The notes beneath the pieces were generated by a model. It was not told where the DNA came from. It did not search any database and saw only the letters and a list, made by a program, of their open reading frames with translations. Shown one piece after another: positions 46,254 to 56,400 of a DNA stretch of 64,000 bases. A program made the translations under genes and the position numbers. The first letter of the stretch is position 1. Every line of letters begins with the position of its first letter. This stretch comes from Saprospiraceae bacterium (GTDB taxonomy: Bacteria; Bacteroidota; Bacteroidia; Chitinophagales; Saprospiraceae), in contig JADKBS010000032.1 of assembly GCA_016714985.1 (NCBI GenBank), forward strand, positions 11,036 to 75,035, in the 5' to 3' direction.

Positions 46254-46616
46254 TCATGAGTGGAACACCGCCACCGCCTCCTCCCGACTCCCCACAAAAT
46301 TAACCTGCTTCCGCTGGTTGCTTTCCCGGATGAAATCTAGCAGGCTCTTGCTTTCCACTTGGCTGAAATCGCCTACGATGGCCAGTTTGAGCTGATAATT
46401 GGTGAATTTCTGAAGGATTTCACCCGCCAAGCCTGTTCTCAGTTCAAAAAAATCATCACATAAAACGCCTTTGGGTATGATGACCCCAATGCTGCCATTG
46501 TACAGCACGTCGCCCCAAAACGCCATCACATCCTCCACGCTGCGGATAGTGGGGTGTTGCTCGGTGATTTCGGCAATGACTTGCCCGTTGTAGGTCTGAA
46601 ACAGTAGATTTTCCAT
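46254..46616 (-). CDS. DUF4180 domain protein
   Basis: 'DFFELRTGLAGEILQKFTNYQLKLAIVGDFSQVESKSLLDFIRESNQ' is the DUF4180 core. Confidence 0.8.
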   Translation of the reverse strand: MENLLFQTYNGQVIAEITEQHPTIRSVEDVMAFWGDVLYNGSIGVIIPKGVLCDDFFELRTGLAGEILQKFTNYQLKLAIVGDFSQVESKSLLDFIRESNQRKQVNFVGSREEAVAVFHS

Positions 46617-46994
46617 TCAAGTTTGATTTTTGATGACCAGCCACTCCACCACCCCCAGCCCGCCAATAATGACCACTTCCAACCCGAAATAAACCACCCC
46701 CAGCCCCGTGCAGCTAGGGAAGAATTGCGTCAGCAGCACGGCAGCAAACAAGGCGTAGGCCAAATTCGCCACCACCAGCGTCCAAAGCATCCAGCGGGGG
46801 CGGTTCCTGCGGCGAGCGAGCGGCAGCGAGTAGCTTGCGTAGCAAAGGTTGATGATCCCCTGCAAGGTGAGCAGCCAGGTGGGCAACCCCAGCAGCCCAG
46901 CCAAGGGTTCCCGAACTACCAGCAGGAAAACGCCAACAACAAGGGCAGCGAGTCCATCAAAATAAAGCAGGCGGGTCAGCGGTGGAAGCGTCAT
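46617..46994 (-). CDS. Four-TM membrane protein of unknown function
   Basis: 125 aa with four hydrophobic helices. Its start overlaps the stop of the upstream MBL gene (ATGA), and its stop abuts the DUF4180 start. Confidence 0.55.
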   Translation of the reverse strand: MTLPPLTRLLYFDGLAALVVGVFLLVVREPLAGLLGLPTWLLTLQGIINLCYASYSLPLARRRNRPRWMLWTLVVANLAYALFAAVLLTQFFPSCTGLGVVYFGLEVVIIGGLGVVEWLVIKNQT

Positions 46995-47704
46995 GGTAGG
47001 TGTTTTTTCAGCAAAGCCTGGGTATGCCGCAGCCCGTCGCCCTGCCAGCCGAAATGCCCGGTGATGATGTGGCGGGGCTTCCGGTATTTGCGCTTAGTTT
47101 TCTTCACAGCCTTCAACCAAACGGGCGGGTTGGCGTGGGAGAGATTGCCGAGGCCCGTGCTTTCGGTGCTTTTGATGAAACAGCCGCCGTACAGGATTTT
47201 CTCCTTCGGAAACCAGACGACGATATTGTCGGGGGCGTGGCCTTCGCCGGGGTAAAAGGTCTCGAAACGCAGGTTGCCAATCCGGAACGTCGTGTCCTTT
47301 GCGAAGCAAAACTGCGCCTGCGGCTCGCCTTCCCGTCGGCACCAGTCGAGGGTGAGGCAGGAAGAATAGGTGCGGATGCCCCGTGCCTTGAAGTAGTCCA
47401 GCCCTGCCGTGCGGTCGGCATGGAAATGGGTGGAAAGGCAGAACACGACCTCCTTTCCATGCCTCGCCCGGATGCTGTCGAGCAGGGGCTGGCATTGGGC
47501 AGTGTCCCAAGGTGTGTCGAGCAGGATGGCGCCCGCATCGGTCAGCGCATAGAGGCTATTGGACGGGACGGGTTCGCCTTTGTAGTCGTTGTAGGTGGTA
47601 TAAACATAAAAATCGCCCGTGAGCGGGGTGATTTTGAGGGCAGGGGTGGGGTTTTGCGCAAGCAAATAAATTGGGAAAAACAGCAGGAAAACACATGCCT
47701 TCAT
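46991..47704 (-). CDS. Subclass-B1-like metallo-beta-lactamase
   Basis: The start at 47704 gives MKACVFLLFFPIYLLAQ (signal peptide). 'STHFHADRTAG' (HxHxD zinc motif, compare BcII THAHADRIGG), 'GGCFIKS' (compare GGCLVKS) and 'ITGHFG' (distal His) are present. The listed longer ORF adds an implausible leader. Confidence 0.75.
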   Translation of the reverse strand: MKACVFLLFFPIYLLAQNPTPALKITPLTGDFYVYTTYNDYKGEPVPSNSLYALTDAGAILLDTPWDTAQCQPLLDSIRARHGKEVVFCLSTHFHADRTAGLDYFKARGIRTYSSCLTLDWCRREGEPQAQFCFAKDTTFRIGNLRFETFYPGEGHAPDNIVVWFPKEKILYGGCFIKSTESTGLGNLSHANPPVWLKAVKKTKRKYRKPRHIITGHFGWQGDGLRHTQALLKKHLP

Positions 47705-47901
47705 CGAGGTGATTTTTTTGCAAAGAAAACCATTTCTGCTTGTTCGCCTTGGCCTACATGCGCTGTAATTTTTATAAAAATGCAAGCCAATACCTTCATT
47801 TCGAGCAAATTGCCGGATTCGTCCATGCGAGGGCACCGTCGGTCGGCTTAGTGCATGAAGTGAATCGTGGCGGATTAAGTTTGTGCATCAAAGCAATTTA
47901 A

Positions 47902-48519
47902 ATGATAAAGAAACACTTGACCCTGTTTGGCATCGTCATAGCCCTCGTATTCTTGTTCATCTCCATTGGGCTATACCCCGGCGGCTCGCAGCACGATGAA
48001 ATGACTGTTGGCTTCGACTGGCGGCACAACTACCTGAGCAATTTGCTGAACCCCATCGCAGTGAACGGGGCGGATAACCCCGCCCGCACTTGGGCAGTCT
48101 GCGGAGTGCTCTTCCTTTGCGCCAGCGCTGCCTTGGTTTTTGTTCGCCTTTCGGCAAAAATCCCGCATAAAACTTCTGCTAACATCATCCGTTACGCTGG
48201 GGTAGGTGCCATGCTCTCTGCGTTACTGGCTGCTACGCCGCTGCACGATTTGTCCATGAGCATTTCCGGCACGCTGTTAATGTTGACCTTGTTTTATGCT
48301 ACAGTTTTCATTTTTAAAACAAAGCGGTATTGGTTGAAAGCGTTGTCAGTGGCGTATTTGGTGACGCTGTATTCCACTGCCATCATCTATTTCACCCAAA
48401 CTGGATTGGCCTACCTGCCCGTGGTGCAGAAGCTGAACCTGTTCGTGGCCATTGCTTGGCTGCTGGGGTTGGAATACGTGGTAAGGAGCGAGGATTTTCT
48501 TGTTTTGAAGCAAGATTAA
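47902..48519 (+). CDS. DUF998-like polytopic membrane protein
   Basis: 205 aa with six TM helices. The family call is tentative. Confidence 0.5.
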   Translation: MIKKHLTLFGIVIALVFLFISIGLYPGGSQHDEMTVGFDWRHNYLSNLLNPIAVNGADNPARTWAVCGVLFLCASAALVFVRLSAKIPHKTSANIIRYAGVGAMLSALLAATPLHDLSMSISGTLLMLTLFYATVFIFKTKRYWLKALSVAYLVTLYSTAIIYFTQTGLAYLPVVQKLNLFVAIAWLLGLEYVVRSEDFLVLKQD

Positions 48520-48548
48520 CCCAGCAATCCAGAACACCGCATGCACCC

Positions 48549-49065
48549 TCACGGCGGCGTAACCGCCCCGTATTCCAGCCGAAGCAGCCGGGCAGCGCCC
48601 CTTTTTGGCACCAGCACGATGAACAGTTCGTCATAATCGCCATGCTGGAGGTCGGCAGGTCGGGGCTGGGCGCCCAGCAGGTGGGCCGTCAGCGGCACAG
48701 TGTTGCTGTGGCCTACCACCAACACGGCTTCGCCCCGGTGTACCTTTTTTATTTTTGGCAAAAACGGTGAGCTGGCTGCTGTCCGGCTCGTAGGTGCGCA
48801 CAGGGATGCCAAGCCTTTTGGCCAGCGGCTCGGCAGTGGCCCGGGTGCGGGCCTTATCAGTGGAATAGATGGCCGTGATATTGGCGTCGGCCAGCACCCT
48901 TGCCAGTTCATTGGCCCTTGCCGTTCCGAGTACAGGTTCGAGCTGGTCGAGGTCGCCTTGTCGGTCGGCGTGGCGAACCAGCACGATGGTGGTGATGGGA
49001 TGGGAGCAGCCGAGCAGTAACGCCAATGCTGAAAAGCAAACCAGTTTTAGGATATGAGTGGTCAT
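48549..49065 (-). pseudogene. Secreted histidine-phosphatase-superfamily (SixA/PGAM-like) protein split at a homopolymer (48745-48750)
   Basis: ORF 48631..49065 carries the lipoprotein-like signal and 'IVLVRHADRQGD' (RHG motif). ORF 48549..48911 carries 'AVLVVGHSNTVP' (second catalytic His). The frames meet at the run AAAAAAGG (minus strand): '...VFAKNKK' joins '(V)HRGEAVLVVGHSN'. Confidence 0.75.
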
Positions 49066-49092
49066 GTTTTTGGGCGAAGATAGGCAAGGGCA

Positions 49093-51522
49093 CTATAACC
49101 TCCTCCTTTCCTCACTCGCCCCCCCATCCCGCTGCCGTGCCTCCCGCAGTTTCCGGTTCCCAAACTTCCCGCTCCACGTCAGCATGAACACCCGCTCGGC
49201 CTGCAGGTAGCCTGCTTTCACGTAGAGGTTCTGGCTATCTTCACGGGAGGTGCCCTTGAAATTGTTGGTCATGAAAATATCGTTGCAATTGAAGGCCAGC
49301 TTGCCCCATTTCTCCCCAAAATCCTTGGAAAAACCGAGGTTCAGGTTGCCGTTCGGGCTGAACTTGGTCACGCCGTAGCGGTTGGCGGTGATGAAAAAGG
49401 CACTCAGGTCTATCGTGAACTTGTGGGGCAAGCGGAAACTGTGGTTCGAGTTGAATCCCAGCAAGTAGGCGTCGTAGTTGAAGTCCACACCCTCCAGTTC
49501 CACCAAAAAACTTTGCCAGGCCAAGAAGACGTTGTTCTGCGTCTCGTACCATTTGGTGGGCTGCACGGCGAAATTGACCATGGCGTAGGCGGTCTGCGTC
49601 GAGCCGTTGTTCACGGGGTAGGTGATGTGCGTGTTGTTCACCACGTCCACGTCGGGGATGTCCCTCATGCTCTCGGTTTCCTTGTTGTACTCCACGGTCA
49701 GGTTGATGATTTTGTAGCGGTAATCCGCCCGAATGGCCTGAACGAAGGCGGGCTGCAAGGACGGGTTGCCACCCTGCACGGTGCTGGGGTCATAAAATAT
49801 GAGGTAGGGTGCCAACTGCGTGAACCCGGGCCGGAATATGCGGCGGCTATAGGATAAATTAATGCTCTGGTTTTCATTGATATTCCGCATTAAATAAATA
49901 CTGGGAAACCACGAGCCATACTGCCTGTCCACTACGTTTGGCTGGGCTTTTGAGCCGAGGTTGGTATTGGTGTATTCATACCTTAAACCCAGCTTCATGT
50001 CCATTTTGGCATTTAATTTAAAAGATATGGTACTATATGCGGCGGCAATATCCTCCGTCAATTTAAACCGGGAAGTGAGCATGGAATCGGCCTGCCAGTC
50101 GCTGCCCTGCACCTGGTTTTCCACCCGCACGTCGTTGTCGAAATTGGACTGGGCGAACTTCACCCCTGCCTCGAACTGTGTTTCCTTTTTAAAGGTCTGG
50201 GCATAGTCGGCCTTTGCTACGGCGATATTGATGGGCGTTTCCTTGTTCACCCTTAGTTGTTGCTCGTTGCCCGTTTCGCCATTATTAAACTCCGTGAAAT
50301 ATCGGTAATCACTGGGGTTGTCTATGAAATAATCAATATAATCGGCGTCGAAGGTCAGCGTCTGCTTATCGTTAAACTTATGCTGCACATTGAAGTTTCC
50401 AGCCAATGATTGCCAATGGTTTATTTCATTGGTAAACATGCGGGTCGTGCTGTCCAAGGCGCTGCTCGTGCGGTGCAGGATTTTGTTCTCGGCGGTCATG
50501 TCCCAATAACGGTCGAAGAGGCTGCCCAACACGCCGATGGTCGTTTTTTTGCTCACGTCCAAGTCTGCTCCGAAGCGAGCGTTCTGCGTCCAAAGGTCGG
50601 GCGAGCGCACGCTGCGGCCATCTGTTTCTATGAAATCACTGCCCCGCTGGATGCCCCGGTAGTTGGTGAACACCTGCGGGTTATGGTCGAATTGCATGGA
50701 ATAATTGCCGAAGAGGTTCAGTTTTCCCCTGCGGAAATTCAGGTTCAACCCTGTGCCGTACTTCTCTGCCTGGCCGTAGCCGCCGTTCACAGAATAGCTG
50801 CCGTTCAGGCCAGCATCTGCCGTTTTTTTCAGCACGATATTGATGACCCCGGCGCTGCCCTGCGCATCGAAGCTGGCTGGTGGTGTGTGTATCAGTTCTA
50901 TCCGCTCAATATTGTCGGCCAAAGTCCCTTCCAGCAGCGAGATGATGGCGTCGGGTGGCAACGGGCTGATTTTCCCGTTTATCATTATGATGACCCCTTG
51001 CTTGCCGCTCATTGAAATGCTGTTCGATTGCTTGTTCACGAGCACGCCCGGCGAGCGTTGGAGCACCTGCAAGGCGTTCCCCCCGGCGTTCACGCTACTG
51101 GCCGCCACGTTGATGTTCATGCGGTCAATCTTCTGCTCGAAGAACGGCTTCTTCGCCACGACCTGCACCTCCTGCAATTGCGAGGCTTCCTCCTGCAACA
51201 CAATGGTTTCCAAGGACTTGTGCCCCGTGTTCTCCATTGTGAAAACACTGGACAGGTACTCGCTGAAACCGACCATTGTCACCCGCAGCAGGTAGTTCCC
51301 GCCGCTGATTTCATCGAGGCTGAATTTCCCGTCGTCATTAGTGACGTTGCCCTTGGCGAGGCTGGAATCTGCCGCAATTAATAGTAAAACGGATGCGCCG
51401 GGCAATGGCTGGTCAGTTGCATCGGTAATTTCGCCCATGAGTTGCGCTTGTGCAAACGAGGAGGAAATGCAAAGAGAATTAAGGCCGAACAGCAGCGCTG
51501 CGGCGAGGGTTTTTGATAACAT
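49093..51522 (-). CDS. TonB-dependent outer-membrane receptor with an N-terminal carboxypeptidase-regulatory-like domain
   Basis: 809 aa with a signal peptide. 'GEITDATDQPLPGASVLLL...DGKFSLDEISGGNYLLRVTMVGF' is the CarbopepD_reg-like domain, followed by plug and barrel. The C-terminal region has beta-strand periodicity. Confidence 0.8.
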   Translation of the reverse strand: MLSKTLAAALLFGLNSLCISSSFAQAQLMGEITDATDQPLPGASVLLLIAADSSLAKGNVTNDDGKFSLDEISGGNYLLRVTMVGFSEYLSSVFTMENTGHKSLETIVLQEEASQLQEVQVVAKKPFFEQKIDRMNINVAASSVNAGGNALQVLQRSPGVLVNKQSNSISMSGKQGVIIMINGKISPLPPDAIISLLEGTLADNIERIELIHTPPASFDAQGSAGVINIVLKKTADAGLNGSYSVNGGYGQAEKYGTGLNLNFRRGKLNLFGNYSMQFDHNPQVFTNYRGIQRGSDFIETDGRSVRSPDLWTQNARFGADLDVSKKTTIGVLGSLFDRYWDMTAENKILHRTSSALDSTTRMFTNEINHWQSLAGNFNVQHKFNDKQTLTFDADYIDYFIDNPSDYRYFTEFNNGETGNEQQLRVNKETPINIAVAKADYAQTFKKETQFEAGVKFAQSNFDNDVRVENQVQGSDWQADSMLTSRFKLTEDIAAAYSTISFKLNAKMDMKLGLRYEYTNTNLGSKAQPNVVDRQYGSWFPSIYLMRNINENQSINLSYSRRIFRPGFTQLAPYLIFYDPSTVQGGNPSLQPAFVQAIRADYRYKIINLTVEYNKETESMRDIPDVDVVNNTHITYPVNNGSTQTAYAMVNFAVQPTKWYETQNNVFLAWQSFLVELEGVDFNYDAYLLGFNSNHSFRLPHKFTIDLSAFFITANRYGVTKFSPNGNLNLGFSKDFGEKWGKLAFNCNDIFMTNNFKGTSREDSQNLYVKAGYLQAERVFMLTWSGKFGNRKLREARQRDGGASEERRRL

Positions 51523-51582
51523 AGTCGGATGATTTACCTCACACTAGCCCTTCTCTTGCGAGGAGAGCAGGGAGTGCTTGAT

Positions 51583-52365
51583 TCAAAAGATTAACTTAGT
51601 TGGTGGTGATTCCTGTTTTGAGTACCAGTAGTCCATCATCTGCTGAGTCAGTGCCTGCTGGCTGGTCGTGTCTTTTAATAGGTCATCAAAACTCATCTGC
51701 TTGATGTCGAGGCAATATTGCATGAGCAGCCACGCCTCATAATAATCCCTTGGTGCTACCGTGCCGTCCTTGAAATGAAATGCCCAGCCGTCTGTTTCGT
51801 CCATTTTTCGTTCAATATTTGCCTTTAGATAAAGCTGGTCAGCGTCCTTCCGGGCAATGTATTCCGGATAGCCTTCCCACTTCCAGTTGGGGTGGCCAGC
51901 GACTGGGTTGGAGTGCAAAAACCCATATTTTTCAAATTGCAAACAATGCACCGCCTCATGGGCGATTAATTGGGTCAGGTTCCATTGATGGCCATTTAAT
52001 GCCACATAATTCGCCTTGGAATCGGCATCCCCCATGAGCACTATGATGTCCGAAAATCCCCAACCAAAAGCCTGTCCACGCAGCGTTTCCATGAGTTTCG
52101 GATAAATGGAGCCGTCGTTCAGGCAGAGGTTCAGCCGTGTGTTTTCATTAAACAGCTCGCTTGATTTTAATAATTGTGCAGCATCATCAAGCCTTGTGAT
52201 TAAATCCTTTTCCAGCGGCGAATGATGGTAAACGGTGAACATCCCTGCCGCTGTTTTATTGGCATATAACCAATTTGGATTTAAGGCAATGCCTGCCAAA
52301 ATCCCCAGCAATAGCAGGCCCGTTGCCGTTATTCTTGCTGCCCATTTTGCGATAATTCGTTTCAT
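51583..52365 (-). CDS. Membrane-anchored HExxH protein (putative metallopeptidase-like)
   Basis: MKRIIAKWAARITATGLLLLGILAGIAL forms the anchor. 'LTQLIAHEAVHCLQFEKYG' contains HEAVH. No family name recognised. The listed ATG at 52386 is also possible. Confidence 0.55.
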   Translation of the reverse strand: MKRIIAKWAARITATGLLLLGILAGIALNPNWLYANKTAAGMFTVYHHSPLEKDLITRLDDAAQLLKSSELFNENTRLNLCLNDGSIYPKLMETLRGQAFGWGFSDIIVLMGDADSKANYVALNGHQWNLTQLIAHEAVHCLQFEKYGFLHSNPVAGHPNWKWEGYPEYIARKDADQLYLKANIERKMDETDGWAFHFKDGTVAPRDYYEAWLLMQYCLDIKQMSFDDLLKDTTSQQALTQQMMDYWYSKQESPPTKLIF

Positions 52366-52465
52366 ATAATTATGTTTTTTAGTCATTGCTAAGCAATTTT
52401 CCTACGTATAGTTCGCCCTTATAGCGTGGACGGTTCGCTTCGGGATGAAAAAAGCGGCGTGTGCC

Positions 52466-52510
52466 CCCTCTCACCCTCTCACTCTCTCACCCTCTCACCC
52501 TCTCACCCTC
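52466..52510. repeat. Tandem 8-mer array (CTCACCCT, about 5 copies) abutting the stop codon of the response-regulator segment
   Basis: ccctctca ccctctca ctctctca ccctctca ccctctca ccctc. The last base is the first base of the minus-strand stop triplet (52510-52512). Confidence 0.85.
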
Positions 52511-53424
52511 TAATTCTCCACCCCCGCCAGCCTATCCCGCCACTCCACGGGCGTCATGCCGAACTCCTGCTTGAACACCCGCCCGAAATAGCCGGGGTCG
52601 TTGAAGCCGGAATCGAAGGCCACGGAAGTAATGGTCAGGTGCTGGTTTTCGAGCAGTTCCTTGGCCTTTGCTAGCCGGATGTTTCGAATGAACTTCGTGG
52701 CCGAGCAGCCCGTCAGCGCCGAGAGCTTGCGGTGCAGGTGCGAGTGGCTCATGCCTATTTCCTTGCAAAGCCCCTCCACGTTGAACTCGGCATCGTCTAA
52801 ATGGGCTTCCACTGCACGGCGCACTTTCCGTACGAAATAGTCTTCTGATTCCTTCATTTCAGGGGCAACGGGTTTGGTCAATTTCAATGGGAAATGCTCC
52901 CCGCCAATGCCTGCCACGCTACGGTAGTGGCGTTGCAAGCGGCGGCGGGTTTCCAGCAGGTTGCGGATTTGCAGCAGTAGCTCTTCCCGATGAAAAGGCT
53001 TCGCCAGATAGGCATCTGCCCCCTGCTCCAGCCCTTCCAAGCGGCTCTCGACACCCACTTTGGCTGTGAGCATGATAACCGGGACGTGGCTGGTGCGCTC
53101 GTCGTTTTTCAAAAAACGGCACGCCTCATAGCCGTTCATCACGGGCATCATCACGTCCGTCACCACGAGGTCGGGGATTTGCTGTGTGGCCAATTCGACG
53201 CCTTCTTGCCCGTTGACAGCGCTTACCACCCTGTAATTGCTTGACAAACAGGCCTTTAAGTAGGTCATTACATCAGGGTTGTCCTCCATGAGCAACAGCA
53301 AAGGCAGGCCGTTTTCATCGCCACTCCTGTTTTCTACTCCGCCAATATTTTCCCCGATAGGAAAAATTGCTAAAGGAGAAAGGGCAACTTGTAATTCCTC
53401 ATCGGCAATCTGTTCCTTAAGCAA
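52510..53424 (-). CDS. Receiver (REC) + AraC-type HTH segment, most likely the C-terminal part of one hybrid two-component system gene together with 53370..56789
   Basis: 'LLLLMEDNPDVMTYL...DLVVTDVMMPVMNGYEACRFLK...VIMLTAK' is REC. 'GMSHSHLHRKLSALTGCSATKFIRNIRLAKAKELL...VAFDSGFNDPGYFGRVFKQEFGMTP' is the AraC HTH. Its frame stays open upstream through the kinase 3' end. Confidence 0.85.
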   Translation of the reverse strand: MLKEQIADEELQVALSPLAIFPIGENIGGVENRSGDENGLPLLLLMEDNPDVMTYLKACLSSNYRVVSAVNGQEGVELATQQIPDLVVTDVMMPVMNGYEACRFLKNDERTSHVPVIMLTAKVGVESRLEGLEQGADAYLAKPFHREELLLQIRNLLETRRRLQRHYRSVAGIGGEHFPLKLTKPVAPEMKESEDYFVRKVRRAVEAHLDDAEFNVEGLCKEIGMSHSHLHRKLSALTGCSATKFIRNIRLAKAKELLENQHLTITSVAFDSGFNDPGYFGRVFKQEFGMTPVEWRDRLAGVEN

Positions 53425-56400
53425 ATCCGTTTTACGTCCAACGCTGATAGGAACTGAACCCTGCCCCCCAATCGTAAATCCCCAATGGGTATCGCCACCA
53501 CAAACTCCGCCCCTTCCCCTCCTCTGCTTCGGGCCACAATCTCCCCGCCCATCAGTTTCACGAACTCCTTCGTCAAGGCCAGTCCGATGCCGCTGCCTTG
53601 GTACTGCGCCGACTCAGTGGCTTGGAAAAAGCGGTCGAAAATTTTTGGCAATTTCTCCGCTGGGATGCCGGGGCCTGTGTCCCGAACCTTGAGGAGCAGG
53701 GTAGGGGAGCCGCCCTGCGGGCCGGGTTGCTGCGCAACGGAGACATAGACATTTCCACCTGCTGGGGTGAACTTCACTGCATTGGACAACAGGTTCGATA
53801 ACACCCGTTGCAGCTTTTCGGCGTCGAAGTCCATCACCAGTTCATCGAGGTCGGAGAGGAAGTGCAGGCCAAGCTGCTTGTCCGAGGCCATGGAGTGGAA
53901 ATTATTGGTGACGTATTTCAAATAGCCCACCACGTCGCCCTGCTGGAGGTTCAGGCGCTCGGCGCCGTTTTCCATTTTGGCCAATTCCAGCATCTGGTTC
54001 ACAAGGCCGAGAAGGTTTTGCCCGTTCCGCTCAATGAGGTCGAAATTGGAAATTAAGGAAATTGGGAAACTAGGGCCCTGCTGTACCGAAGCCCCAATTT
54101 CCGAATTTCTCAATTTCTCAATTTCCAATTTCCCGTTTTCAACCATACCGAGAATAATCGTCAGCGGCGTCCGAAACTCGTGCGTGATGTTCGCAAACAA
54201 GCGGTTCTTCGCATTGTCCAACTCCTTCAATCGCAGTGTCTCCTGCCGTTCCATGCGGCGGTCGAGCAGGAAGCGGTATGCCACGAAAATTGCGCCAGCA
54301 ACCATGAATGCGTACAGTGACCATGCCCACCAAGTGAGCCACCACGGCGGCGAAATGGCCACCACCACCGAGGTTTCCTTGCCCCAAACGCCGAAGCTGT
54401 TCGCCCCACGCACCCGGAACTGGTAGGTGCCCGGCGGCACTTTCACGTAGGTCGCCTTGAGGTCTTGGCCCGCCACCCGCCATTCGTCGTCAAAGCCTTC
54501 GAGCTTGAATTCGAGGCGGTTGGCGTCGGGGTCGTTGAAGTCGAGGGCTGAGAAGCTGAAGTTGAACACGTTCTCATCGTGCCTCAATTCCAGTGGGCTT
54601 AGCTGGCCCATTGCAGCGTCATAGCGGCTTTCGGGGCCGTCGGCGTCCAGCAGCTCGAAGCCAGTGATGCGCACGGCTGGCGGGGTAGTGTTCAAACTAT
54701 CGAGCTGTCGGGGGTCGAAATAGTGCAGGCCGCTGCGCCCGCCGACGAAGACCAGGCCCTCCTCGTTCTTGAAAATGGCGTCCTGCTCGAAGGGTAGCGC
54801 CGAAAGCCCACTTGTCCCGCCGTAGGAGAACACGGTCTCTTTCACGGGGTCGAAGGCCAGCAGCTTATCGGACAGTACCCAAAGGCGTCCGTCATTGTCC
54901 ATGGTCATGCCTTTTAGGTGGCCGCCCTTCGTGCCGAAGCGGTTTTGGTCGAAAAAGCCGCATTCGCCCGTTTCGGGGTTCAACTTCAGCAGCCCGGCGT
55001 CAAGGCAGACCCAAATGAAGCCGTTTTCGTCCTGTGCGGGCGGGCTTTGCCAGAAATTGCTGCCTTCCGGCACATCGTTGATTTTGTAGCGGGTGAATTG
55101 GTGGGTCGCTGGCGCAAAACGGGTGATGAAGAACGGCATTTTCGTTGCGTCCTTGCCGCCGCCCGTTATCCATAGCGCCCCTTCGTTGTCCATGAACAGC
55201 TTCCCTGTGTAGTCGTGCGGCAGGCTGTTCGGGTCGCCTTTTTTGCTCCGCAATGCGGTGAACTGCTCCGTTTTTCCATCGAAATGCACAAGGCCAGCGC
55301 CATAAGTGGCCAGCCATAGGTTGCCTTTTTTGTCTGCCAAAACATCCCGTAGCGGTGCGGCTGGCAAGCTGTTCGGGTCGCTTTTTTGATGCACAAATGG
55401 CTTGGCCTGCTTGTGCTCCAAGTCGTAGCGGACGAGGCCACCAGCCGACTTCATGCCCCAGATTTTGCCTTCGGCACCCTTTACGATTTTCTCGCTACCA
55501 GCCAGCGCGGCGTCCTGTTCACTGTACTGCGGCGCTTTGGAACCTCCCTGCGGCTGCGTACTAAGCTTGCCCAGCAGGTTTTCTTTGGTGGAAAACAGGA
55601 TATTTCGCTGACCGTCCTCGCAGATGCTCTTCACGGCGTCGGTCTTTGTGGGCAGATACACGGCATTGAACATGCCCCGCTTGCCCGCCGTGCGATAGAC
55701 CCGTGCGCCATCTGAGGCCGTGCTGAACCAACGCACCCCGTCCTTCGATTGGAAGCCCGCCCAAGCATTGTTTTCACGGAGGTAACTGCCCTTTTTACCA
55801 TCGGAATTGTAAATCCGGGCTTGGCCCGTGGCGGGGTCGTAGCATTTGATGCCGCCCGCCCAGTTGCCAATCCAAATCAGGCCGTCCTTGTCCTCGAAAA
55901 GGAACGTTACCTGCGAGCGCCAATTGGCATTTCCCTTGGGGATGCTAAGGCTGTTTTCGTCGCCTTCGTTCTTGAATCGCTTGAAACTGCCGCTCGCCTT
56001 GTCCATGCGGTGCAGCCCGTTGCCGTCCGTACCGACCCAGAGGTTGCCTTTTTTATCTTCGTAAATGGCCCGTACTTCATTGTTGATGAGGGTGGTCGGG
56101 TCGTTTTTTTTATTCAAAAAGCGGTCGAAATCGTTGGTTTCGGAGCGAAAGCGGTTAAGGCCGCCCGCGTCATCGCCATCGAAAAAGAAACCCGTACCGA
56201 CCCAAAGCGTGCCCTTCGAGTCAATAAGCAGCGAGCGCACTTGGTTGCAACTGAGGCTGTGCTTGTCGTTGGGGATGTTCTGGTAGCGCACGATGTCGCC
56301 CGTGCGGGGGTTGAGCCGGTCGAGGCCACCCATGGTGCCCACCCAGATGTAGCCGTCCTCATCTTCGGCGATGGCGCTGATGGCATTGTCGCTGAGGCCC

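Noticed and set aside
47000-47851. 283-aa plus-strand ORF
   Set aside because: It is antisense to the metallo-beta-lactamase-like gene, which has the zinc-binding motifs.
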